Shown here one piece after another: positions 18,259 through 25,881 of a DNA stretch of 28,347 bases. The DNA comes from Candidatus Methylomirabilia bacterium (GTDB lineage: Bacteria > Methylomirabilota > Methylomirabilia > Rokubacteriales > CSP1-6). The first letter of the stretch is position 1. Every line of letters starts with the position of its first letter. Below the pieces are notes generated by a model. It was given only the letters and a program-made list of their open reading frames with translations, was not told the DNA's origin and did no database searches. The translations under genes were made by a program, and so were the position numbers. The DNA is taken from contig JBGQHJ010000055.1 of assembly GCA_041497895.1 (NCBI GenBank), forward strand, positions 1 through 28,347, read 5' to 3'.

Positions 18259-19217
18259 GGGCTCCTCGGGCCACCCGCCGCTCTCTCCCCGAGCTGGGTC
18301 TTGCCGACGACCCGGGCCACCAGGTACGGGGGCCGGCCCCGGCTCTCCTCGTAGATGCGCCCGACGTACTCGCCCAGGATGCCCACGCAGATGAGCTGGA
18401 CGCCACCCAGGAACAGCACCGCCACCATCAGCGAGGTCCAGCCCACCAGCGGGATGCCGTGGGTGAGCTTCAGGACCACCAGGCCCACCGCGAGCGCGAA
18501 CGCGAGCGTGGAGACCACGACCCCGCAGAGCGAGGCGAGCTGGAGCGGGCGGTACGAGAACGAGAAGAAGCCGTCGAGGGCCAGGTGCACCAGCCGCCGG
18601 TAGGTGTACTTGGCCTCGCCGGCGAAGCGCGCGCCCCGCAGGTGCGGGACGCCGATCTGGCGGAAGCCGGCCCAGCTGCGCATCCCTCGCACGAAGCGGG
18701 TCCGCTCCGGCATCGCGTTGAGCACGTCCACCACGTGCCGGCTCATCAGCGAGAAGTCCCCGCTGTCGAGCGGCATCTCGATCTGGCTGATCCGCGCGAG
18801 CAGGCGATAGAACGCGCGATACGCGAGCCGCTTCGGCCAGGACTCGGCGCGGCGCTCGCGGACCGCGTAGACCACGTCGTAGCCGGCCTGCCAGTGCTCG
18901 AGGAAGATCGGCAGCATCTCGGGAGAATCCTGGAGGTCGCCGTCCATCACCACCACCGCGTCGCCGCTCGCCGCGCGCAGGCCGGCCGAGATCGCGGCCT
19001 GGTGGCCGAAGTTGCGGGCGAGGTGCACCGCCTTGATGCGATCGTCCTCGGCGTGCAGCGCGTGGAGGATCTCGGGGGTCCGGTCGGTGCTGCCGTCGTC
19101 GACGAAGACGACCTCGAACGAGATCCCGGCCGGTCCGAGCACGTGCCGCAGCCGGCGCACCAGCTCCGGCACGTTCTGCTCCTCGTTGAGGACCGGGATC
19201 ACGATCGACAACATCAT
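18255..19217 (-). CDS. GT2 polyprenol-phosphate glycosyltransferase (GtrB/ArnC/DPM-like)
   Basis: LSIVIPVLNEE, FVDDGSTD, ARNFGHQAA, MDGDLQD, GYDVV, DSGDFSL, two C-terminal TM helices, GILGEYVGRIY..RPPY. Confidence 0.94.
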   Translation of the reverse strand: MMLSIVIPVLNEEQNVPELVRRLRHVLGPAGISFEVVFVDDGSTDRTPEILHALHAEDDRIKAVHLARNFGHQAAISAGLRAASGDAVVVMDGDLQDSPEMLPIFLEHWQAGYDVVYAVRERRAESWPKRLAYRAFYRLLARISQIEMPLDSGDFSLMSRHVVDVLNAMPERTRFVRGMRSWAGFRQIGVPHLRGARFAGEAKYTYRRLVHLALDGFFSFSYRPLQLASLCGVVVSTLAFALAVGLVVLKLTHGIPLVGWTSLMVAVLFLGGVQLICVGILGEYVGRIYEESRGRPPYLVARVVGKTQLGERAAGGPRSP

Positions 19218-20269
19218 CGCGCGCTCATCGTATCACGGGGCAATGGAGGGCCCACCACGCCGAGCCGCCCGCTCCCGCTGCCCACGAACCACGCCCGGCC
19301 GCGCCGGTCGACGGTGAGCGCGCGCACGCCGCTCCCGCGCGTGGGCACCGCCCACACCGCGAAGCGGACACGGCCCCGGTCGAAGCACGTCACGGTGTTG
19401 GCGGTGAACTCGCTCGTCCACACGCCGCCCGCCTCGTCGACGGCCAGCGCCCAGGGATGCGAGCGCGTCCCGGACGGCATCGGCCACGACTGCGTGGCGC
19501 CGGTGGCCGGCGTCACCTCCAGCAGCTCGTGGCGGCCGAACAGGGCGACCCACACGTGTCCGTCGGGCGCGACCGCGACGCCGCGGGGCCGGCTTCCCGC
19601 CGGCAGCGGCAGCCGCCCCACCGTCCCGTCGCGTCCGACGTGGACGAGGGTGTCCGCGGCCATCTCGGTCACCCACGCCGCGCCCGCCCGATCCACCGCG
19701 ATGCCCTCCGGGCGGCCGAGCCCCGGGCCGAGGGCCACCTCGGTCACCACCGAGCCGCGTCGAAGGGGTTCAGCATCAGCCGGGAGCCAGGCCATCGTCG
19801 AGTGCGGGCCGACCGTGAACCACGCGATCTCGCCTTCCGGCGCGAGCGCGATCGCGGAGACGGTCGGGATCGCCCCGGCCGCGCGCAGGAGCGACGGCGG
19901 CGGGAACTCGGCCGTCCGCGCCGCGCCCGGAGCCAGGCGCCCGACCAGGCCCACGCCGCTGCCCGCGAACCAGATGCGCCCCTGCGCGTCCGCGGCGAGG
20001 CCGACCGGGTGCGAGTGCAGCGGCAGGGCCACCACCGTGGTGCGGAGTGCGACCGGGTCCACCCGCACGAGCTGATCCGCGTAGGTGGACGCGACCCAGA
20101 TCGCGCCGTCGGCGGCCGCGGCGATCCCGGTGGGAAACGTGAAGGGCGGCCCGGCCAGCTCGGCGATGGCCTGCGGGCCGCCGCCGGTCGCGCAGGGCTC
20201 GCCCGCCGAGGCCGGCCGCGGCGCGAGGGCCAGGGCCACCAGCATCACGAGCGCGAGCCGCTCACGCAC
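19214..20269 (-). CDS. Secreted Vgb-like (virginiamycin B lyase fold) beta-propeller protein
   Basis: Signal peptide MRERLALVMLVALALAPRPASA, then about 7 repeats of P.GIA..DG.(I/V)W (PTGIAAAADGAIW, PVGLAADAQGRIW, PEGIAVDRAGAAW, PRGVAVAPDGHVW, PWALAVDEAGGVW). Confidence 0.8.
   Translation of the reverse strand: MRERLALVMLVALALAPRPASAGEPCATGGGPQAIAELAGPPFTFPTGIAAAADGAIWVASTYADQLVRVDPVALRTTVVALPLHSHPVGLAADAQGRIWFAGSGVGLVGRLAPGAARTAEFPPPSLLRAAGAIPTVSAIALAPEGEIAWFTVGPHSTMAWLPADAEPLRRGSVVTEVALGPGLGRPEGIAVDRAGAAWVTEMAADTLVHVGRDGTVGRLPLPAGSRPRGVAVAPDGHVWVALFGRHELLEVTPATGATQSWPMPSGTRSHPWALAVDEAGGVWTSEFTANTVTCFDRGRVRFAVWAVPTRGSGVRALTVDRRGRAWFVGSGSGRLGVVGPPLPRDTMSAR
19227..19235 (-). promoter_or_regulatory. 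Putative extended -10 promoter for the GT2 gene, internal to the upstream gene's 3' end
   Basis: Minus strand TGaTACGAT, 9 nt upstream of ATG 19217, with no Shine-Dalgarno. Confidence 0.45.
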
Positions 20270-22319
20270 CGGTCGCGCTCCGCCTCCGCCTGAACCACCA
20301 CGGCGCGAGCCCGATCACCGCGACGCCCACTCCGCCCACCGCGAGCCCCGGGAAGAAGCCCGGCGAGGCGAAGCGCCAGCGCACGACGTGGCGCCCCGCG
20401 GGCACGATCACGCCCTGGAAGGCCTCGTTGATCGGGTAGATGCGGACCGGGCGATCGTCCACGGTGACGGCCCATCCGAGCGACCGGCTCTCGTCGAGCA
20501 CGATCAACGCGTCGGCCGGCGCCTCGGTCCGCACCGTCACGTCGCCGGGGCGCCAGTCCAGGTCGAGGCGGACCTGCCCGGGGGCGCTGAAGCGCGCGGA
20601 CGCCGGGCACCCGTAGCAGAAGGGGCCGAGCGCGGGCAGCGAGTAGACGAGAGCCGCCACCCCCGCCGGGCTGGCCGGGTTCGGGACGACGCGCACCGCA
20701 TCCACCGCGTGGACCATCGGGCGCGCGTCGCGGATGCGGTACAGCCGGAACCCGTGCTCCTCGCCCGCGTATTGGAGGCGCGGGTGCACCGGGTCCCCCG
20801 CTCCGTCCCAGAGAACCCACCCGATCCCGAGCTCGGCGTAGACGTCGACCACCGACTCCCATTCCTCGAGCGACGTCGGGCCGCGCGGCAGCAGCAGCAG
20901 GCCGGGCACGCGGTAGGCCATGCGATTGAACGGCTGGCTCGGAAGCTGCCCGGTGAAGTGAGCGGCGGGGATCTGGAGGAAGTCGGCGTGATTCGAGTTG
21001 AGGATGGGCTCGTGCTCGTCGGCCATCGCCTCCGGGTCGGTGAGCACCGCCACGTGCGTCGGCGGCTCGGCCCGGATCGTGGCCGCGAGCCGGGTGGGCA
21101 GCGGCCGCGTCCACCGCGGTACCACGTAGGCCGCGCGCGGATCGAACTGGGTCTGCCAGGCGCAGGCCCCGAGCGCGATCACGAGCAGCGCGGCCAGGGC
21201 GAGACGGCGGCGGCGGCGGGCCTCGCCGCTCACGAGCTCGGCGATCAGCAGGATGCCGAGCCACATGAAGGGCTCGAACACGCGCTGGGGAATGCGGAAC
21301 GGAAAAAGCGCCTTCCCGGTGAGCCACATCGGAAAGGCGAGATACGGGACCGCGTGGAAGAGGGCGAACACGAGGTAGGCGCCGAACACCGGCCAGAGCC
21401 GCGTGCCGGCCAGCCGCCCGACGAAAGCGGCGGCCACGATGGCGATCCAGCCGAGCCACGGCACGAACGCGGAGGTGCGGAAGTCGCTCCAGCGCAGCCC
21501 GTAGTTCCACCAGAGATAGGCCCGCCGCATGTGCCAGTCCGCGTACTCCGCGATGTGGCGGCGGCCGGACTCGAGGTAGTGCGCGTACCCGGGCAGGAGC
21601 GCCGGCGCGAGCAGGAGGCCCGCGGCCACGTAGCGCAGGAGCAGCGCGGGCAGCCGCGCGCGCAGGCGGCCCCACTCCACCCGCAGCGTGAAGAGCACCA
21701 CCAGCACCTCGTAGTAGGCCCCGTACTGGGGATGGAAGGACAGCACGCGCAGCGCCAGCACCGCCGCCCAGGCCCCGTCCCACGCGGTGAAGCCCGGGCG
21801 GCGCGCGGCCACGAGCGTCAGCCAGAGCTGGACCGGCAGCCACGCGGCCGAGAGCAGCATGGTGGTGTCGCCGAACTGGGCCAGCGAGCCCTCCGCGAGC
21901 ATCGCGCCGGCGGAGGTCAGCACCACCACCCAGAACGGCCAGCCGAGCGCCGAGCAGAGCAGGACGAGGCCGGCGACCTTGACGAGCACGTGGACGACGT
22001 GGTTCCAGTGCCACGCAGCCATCGTGGGCAGGACGGACACGAGGGCGAGCTGGGGCGGATAGAGCGGGCGCATACCCAGATCTTGCAATCGGGGCATGCC
22101 CATCGAGCGATACGGATCCCAGAACCAGCCGCCCCACGTGAAGGCGCGCATCACCTGGCGGTCGTACTCCATGGGCCCGAGGTGCGCCGCGAAGCTCGAC
22201 CCGCGATAGCGGTCGCGCCGGTCGAGGAAGAAATCCCGGTAGACCGGCGAGAGGGCCACGAGCAGCGCGAGCACGAGCGCGCCCGCCGCGACGTGCCGCA
22301 GGACGCCGCGCCCGCTCAT
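20262..22319 (-). CDS. YfhO-like polytopic membrane protein (GT-C-type glycosyltransferase candidate)
   Basis: ATG 22319 overlaps the upstream stop. N-terminal WDPYRSMGMP...LYP loop, many TM segments, AAWLP, FRIPQR, and YfhO-type C-terminus LIVLDES..GWAVTVD...INEAFQGVIVPAGRHVVRWRF plus a final TM helix. Confidence 0.8.
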   Translation of the reverse strand: MSGRGVLRHVAAGALVLALLVALSPVYRDFFLDRRDRYRGSSFAAHLGPMEYDRQVMRAFTWGGWFWDPYRSMGMPRLQDLGMRPLYPPQLALVSVLPTMAAWHWNHVVHVLVKVAGLVLLCSALGWPFWVVVLTSAGAMLAEGSLAQFGDTTMLLSAAWLPVQLWLTLVAARRPGFTAWDGAWAAVLALRVLSFHPQYGAYYEVLVVLFTLRVEWGRLRARLPALLLRYVAAGLLLAPALLPGYAHYLESGRRHIAEYADWHMRRAYLWWNYGLRWSDFRTSAFVPWLGWIAIVAAAFVGRLAGTRLWPVFGAYLVFALFHAVPYLAFPMWLTGKALFPFRIPQRVFEPFMWLGILLIAELVSGEARRRRRLALAALLVIALGACAWQTQFDPRAAYVVPRWTRPLPTRLAATIRAEPPTHVAVLTDPEAMADEHEPILNSNHADFLQIPAAHFTGQLPSQPFNRMAYRVPGLLLLPRGPTSLEEWESVVDVYAELGIGWVLWDGAGDPVHPRLQYAGEEHGFRLYRIRDARPMVHAVDAVRVVPNPASPAGVAALVYSLPALGPFCYGCPASARFSAPGQVRLDLDWRPGDVTVRTEAPADALIVLDESRSLGWAVTVDDRPVRIYPINEAFQGVIVPAGRHVVRWRFASPGFFPGLAVGGVGVAVIGLAPWWFRRRRSATGA

Positions 22320-23479
22320 CGCGCGGCCAGGCGGCCCGGCGCGGTCGCCTGCGGCCCGCCCCCGCCCGGGCGCGGCGCGGCGAGCAGGCCCTCGATGATC
22401 GCACGCAGGCACGCCACCCGGGCGTGGTCGCCGTCGTAGAACTGCTCGGGGCCGCACGGGATGCTCTCCGGATCCGAGGCGTCGCGGAAGCGCGCCCCGG
22501 ACCGCGCGGCGAGCGCGGCCACCGCGGCGGCGCTGTCGGCCAGCGCGGCCGCCGCGCGCGGCTCGGCGCGGATCAGGGCCCACGCGGCGGGATGGTAGGG
22601 CGGCAAATAGACGATCAGCTCGACGCCCCGGGCGCGCATGTCGCGCCAGAGCAGCTCGAGACGGGCCAGGCGCTCGCGATCCACCCGGAACTCGGCGAGC
22701 CCTCGCGCCCCCGCCTGGACGAAGCGCACCGCCTCCTGGCGCACCTGCTCGGGGCCCTGGTCGGCGTAGGCGCGATCGTAGATGAGGCTGCCGTCGGCCC
22801 GCACCGCGCGGCGGTCGCCCACCCGGTCCTCCGCCACCACGTCGCGGCGCAGGGACTCGAGCACCTCCCGCCCCCGCCGGCTCCGGCCGCGCAGCGCGCG
22901 CTCGAGGTCGGCCACCGAGGCGCGGAGCACGGTGTAGGAGAAGAGCTCCTTGAAGCGCGCCCACTCGTAGGTCAGCGTCTGGACTGGAGCCCCGCCCCAG
23001 CCGGAGGCGCCGCCCGCTCCGTCGAGGAACGCCCGCACCAGGTCGGCCAGGGCGAGCCAGCGCACCTGCTCCTGGGACTGGGCGAGCGCCCAGTGGTCGA
23101 TCGAGAAGATCGCGATGTCCGGCACCCGGTCGCCCTGCTTGAGGAGCTGCCAGAACGCGATGTGATCCTCCACCGAGGCCGCGCTCACCGCCGCGTTGTA
23201 GAACTGCCCGGGGCCGAGGCCGAGGGCGGCGCCCGCGAGCGGCATCACCCGGCTCGAGCCGAAGGCCACCACCGCCGGCCGTGGGATCACCCGGAGCCGG
23301 ACGCGCTGGAGCCGGCGGTCGTCGAGCTCGCGCGAGACGATCATCGCCTGGCCGGGCCGGAGGCCTGAGGCCAGCGCCTGGAGGCGGCGGTCGTGGCGGC
23401 GCCCGTCCCAGGCGGCCAGGCCGTTGATCGCCACCACCAGCACCAGCAGGCTGCTCATCGTGATCGTGAAGGCGCGCAT
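22316..23479 (-). CDS. Membrane-anchored SGNH-like protein (DltD/AlgJ-type MBOAT partner)
   Basis: N-terminal TM anchor, VAFGSSR (block I Ser), FYNAAVSAAS (block II), YLPPYHP and FYDGDH (DxxH). Immediately downstream of the MBOAT gene. Confidence 0.75.
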   Translation of the reverse strand: MRAFTITMSSLLVLVVAINGLAAWDGRRHDRRLQALASGLRPGQAMIVSRELDDRRLQRVRLRVIPRPAVVAFGSSRVMPLAGAALGLGPGQFYNAAVSAASVEDHIAFWQLLKQGDRVPDIAIFSIDHWALAQSQEQVRWLALADLVRAFLDGAGGASGWGGAPVQTLTYEWARFKELFSYTVLRASVADLERALRGRSRRGREVLESLRRDVVAEDRVGDRRAVRADGSLIYDRAYADQGPEQVRQEAVRFVQAGARGLAEFRVDRERLARLELLWRDMRARGVELIVYLPPYHPAAWALIRAEPRAAAALADSAAAVAALAARSGARFRDASDPESIPCGPEQFYDGDHARVACLRAIIEGLLAAPRPGGGGPQATAPGRLAAR

Positions 23480-23482
23480 GGC

Positions 23483-24883
23483 TCAGAACTGGAAGTAGAG
23501 GAACTTGGAGCCGTAGTTCATCAGGAGCACCGCGACCGCGGTGGCGGTGGCGAGACCGACCTGCGGCACGCGGCCCAGGCGGCCGAGCGGCAGCTCGAGG
23601 CTGTTGGGGCAGAGCCGCACCAGGCCCAGGCAGAGGATCACGAGCGCGCCGAGCGAGAGGGTGTCCCGCGTCCACGCGAGGCTGAGCCCGTGCAGGCCGG
23701 CGAGCCCCGCGAACCACTGGGCCGCGTGGCCGAAGCCGTCCGCGCGGAAGAAGACCCAGCCGAGGGTGACGAGCAGGAAGGTGAGGTTGCGCTGCCAGAA
23801 CGGAGAGAGGCGCCGCTCCCACGCCGGGCAGGCGTGGTGGCCGACCAGCAACAGGCCGTGCCAGGTGCCCCACGCCGCGAACGTCCAGTTGGCGCCGTGC
23901 CAGAGGCCGCCCAGGACCATGGTGGCCATCAGGTTGAAGCGCCGGCGCGCGGGCGAGCAGCGATTGCCCCCGAGCGAGATGTAGAGGTAGTCGCGCAGCC
24001 AGAGCGACAGCGTCATGTGCCAGCGGCGCCAGAAGTCGCTCGGCGAGACCGCCTTGTAGGGGCTGTTGAAATTCTGGGGCAGCTCGATCCCGAACAGCCG
24101 GCCGAGACCGATCGCCATGTCGGAGTAGCCGCTGAAGTCGAAGTAGATCTGGAACGCGTAGCCGAGCAGGCCGAGCCACGCGCGCGAGGCGTCGAGGCCG
24201 GCGGGCACCGCCAGCATGGGATCGATCAGGTTGCCGAGGCGGTCCGCGATCAGCACCTTCTTGCAGAGCCCCACGCTGAAGAGGAGGACGCCCTCCCGCC
24301 AGCGCGGGTCGATGCCGGTCCGGGCGATGCGCGCGAGCTGCGGGATGAGCTGGTGGTGACGGGTGAGCGGGCCCGCCACCAGGTGCGGGAAGAAGCTGAC
24401 GAAGCCGGCGAAGCGCACGAAGTTGCGCTCGGCGGGGGCCTGGCCGCGCCAGACGTCGATGATGTAGGACAGCGTCTGGAAGGTGTAGAAGCTGATGCCG
24501 GCCGGGAGCACCACCTCGAACCAGCGGAAGGCCCCGGCAGAGCCCTCGAGGCCGATCGCCACCAGCCCCTGCTCCACGGTGCGCACCATGAGGCCCGAGT
24601 ACTTGAAGTAGGCGAGCATGCCCAGGTTGCCCGCGAGCGAGACCGCGAGGAGCCAGCCGCGCGCCCGCGACCGCCGCTCGCCGGCGATCCGGATCGCCAC
24701 CCAGTAGTCCACCGCGGTGGTGAGCAGCATGGGCACGATGAACCACCAGTGGCCCGCGAAGGCGTAGAAGACCACGCTGGTGAGCGCGATCCAGCGGAGC
24801 AGGGGCTGGCCGCGCAGGCGGAGCGCGACGACGAGGGTGAGCGGGAGGAAGAGAAGGAGGAACTCCAGCGAGCTGAACAGCAC
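23483..24883 (-). CDS. MBOAT family O-acyltransferase (AlgI/PatA/DltB-like)
   Basis: LPAGISFYTFQ, FFPHLVAGP, QIYFDFSGYSDMAIG, NFNSPY, FWRRWHMTLS.WLRDYLYI.LGG, GLWHGA (catalytic His), C-terminal FLYFQF. GTG 24883 gives the family-typical MLFSS start; the alternative is ATG 24892. Confidence 0.95.
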   Translation of the reverse strand: MLFSSLEFLLLFLPLTLVVALRLRGQPLLRWIALTSVVFYAFAGHWWFIVPMLLTTAVDYWVAIRIAGERRSRARGWLLAVSLAGNLGMLAYFKYSGLMVRTVEQGLVAIGLEGSAGAFRWFEVVLPAGISFYTFQTLSYIIDVWRGQAPAERNFVRFAGFVSFFPHLVAGPLTRHHQLIPQLARIARTGIDPRWREGVLLFSVGLCKKVLIADRLGNLIDPMLAVPAGLDASRAWLGLLGYAFQIYFDFSGYSDMAIGLGRLFGIELPQNFNSPYKAVSPSDFWRRWHMTLSLWLRDYLYISLGGNRCSPARRRFNLMATMVLGGLWHGANWTFAAWGTWHGLLLVGHHACPAWERRLSPFWQRNLTFLLVTLGWVFFRADGFGHAAQWFAGLAGLHGLSLAWTRDTLSLGALVILCLGLVRLCPNSLELPLGRLGRVPQVGLATATAVAVLLMNYGSKFLYFQF

Positions 24884-24890
24884 GGCCCTC

Positions 24891-24920
24891 ATTGGACACG
24901 GGGGCCCGCGGAGCCGTCAA
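24891..24920 (-). promoter_or_regulatory. Putative sigma70 promoter for the MBOAT operon (leaderless geometry)
   Basis: Minus strand TTGACG (24920-24915) - 18 nt - TCCAAT (24896-24891), 7 nt before GTG 24883. Confidence 0.5.
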
Positions 24921-24982
24921 GGAAAACCCGGCTCCGGACATAGCACGGGCCCCGGTCTCCCGGGGCCCGGCGCGTCCGGAGC
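24919..24982 (-). terminator. Putative intrinsic terminator after the desaturase
   Basis: Inner 10-bp stem CGGGCCCCGG/CCGGGGCCCG (24946-24969) with a GAGA loop on the minus strand. Outer 9-bp stem GCTCCGGAC/GTCCGGAGC (24931-24939/24974-24982), followed on the minus strand by CGGG and then TTTTCCTT. Confidence 0.65.
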
Positions 24983-24997
24983 GGAGTCGGTGCCGAC

Positions 24998-25732
24998 CTA
25001 GGCGGCCAGCTTCACCTTCTCGCCCACCAGGCGGGCCAGCCGGAGCAGCATGAGCATCCGGATCACCACCCACGAGGGATCGAACTCGAAACGACCCATG
25101 CTGAACTTGGGGCTCGAGGGATAGGCGTGGTGGTTGTTGTGCAGGCTCTCACCGCCGGTCAGCCAGGCGAGCACGCGCAGGTTGGTGGCGGAGTTGTTGC
25201 CGAAGTTCCGCCGCCCCCACCAGTGGCCGAGGCCGTTGATCGACGGAGCCAGCACGAAGACGTAGAGAATGAAGTGGGTCAGGGCCAGCAGCAGCCCCCA
25301 GCCCGGCCCCAGGACCAGCATGGCGGACGCGATGCCGACCACCCCACCGAGCGTGCCCTTGTTGAAGAGCACGCGGTCCCAGATGTCGTCCCGGATGTCC
25401 TTGGCCCAGCGCGCGAGCGTCTCCGGGTTGCGGGCCTCCCGCACGTAGTAGTAGACGTTCCAGAGCTGGATCTTCCAGAAGCCGTGTACCAGCGGGCTGT
25501 GCGGATCCTTCTCGGTGTCGGTGAAGGCGTGGTGCTTGCGGTGCACGGCGACCCACTCCCGCCGGTTCTGGCCGGTGGTGAACCAGAGGATGAACCGGAA
25601 CGCCCAGTCGGCGATCGGGTGCAGCCGGAGCGCGCGGTGCGCGAGGCCACGATGCAGGTACACCGACGTAGCGATGACGGCGGCCTGCGTCACCAGGAGC
25701 GTGCCGATCACGTACAGAAGCGGTCGAAGCAC
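24998..25732 (-). CDS. Membrane fatty acid desaturase (delta-9 acyl-CoA/acyl-lipid type)
   Basis: GTG 25732 with GAGGAG RBS 8 nt upstream. Three His boxes HRGLAH, HRKHH, HNNHH, plus DPHSP, INGLGHWWG, GGESLH, EFDP. Confidence 0.93.
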   Translation of the reverse strand: MLRPLLYVIGTLLVTQAAVIATSVYLHRGLAHRALRLHPIADWAFRFILWFTTGQNRREWVAVHRKHHAFTDTEKDPHSPLVHGFWKIQLWNVYYYVREARNPETLARWAKDIRDDIWDRVLFNKGTLGGVVGIASAMLVLGPGWGLLLALTHFILYVFVLAPSINGLGHWWGRRNFGNNSATNLRVLAWLTGGESLHNNHHAYPSSPKFSMGRFEFDPSWVVIRMLMLLRLARLVGEKVKLAA

Positions 25733-25799
25733 CGATGGGTCTCCTCGTTGTTTTGGTTGTCGCTTCGGGGGAACGTCGCGGCCACCGGCTGCCGTGACT

Positions 25800-25876
25800 G
25801 ACAAACCAAGGCTAGCACACTCGCCCGGCAACCGGGTGGACAAACACGTAGCGCAAACGCCCTAGGACAAACGCCC
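25800..25876 (-). promoter_or_regulatory. Desaturase promoter region: extended -10 plus repeated CAAAC/GTTTG boxes
   Basis: Minus strand TGcTAGCCT (25817-25809). Plus strand GACAAAC (25800), GGACAAAC (25838, 25865) and CAAACGCCC (25854, 25868). Confidence 0.4.
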
Positions 25877-25881
25877 CGATC

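Noticed and set aside
18271..18298. Possible degenerate second REP copy in the GT2 tail (CCACCCGCCGCTCTCTCCCCGAGCTGGG)
   Set aside because: Only a partial left arm with no complementary right arm; cannot be distinguished from chance at this GC content.
19214..20269. Streptogramin B resistance gene (vgb)
   Set aside because: Signal peptide and apparent absence of the EPHG/His/Glu catalytic set; only the fold is shared.
22316..24883. dlt D-alanylation operon
   Set aside because: No DltA ligase or DltC carrier in the window; the MBOAT ends in an AlgI/PatA-type FxYFQF motif.
20262..25073. 1603-aa ORF suggesting one giant protein
   Set aside because: Only the last 685 aa (from ATG 22319) look like protein; the upstream part is an Arg/Pro/Gly-rich alternative frame over the MBOAT and SGNH genes.
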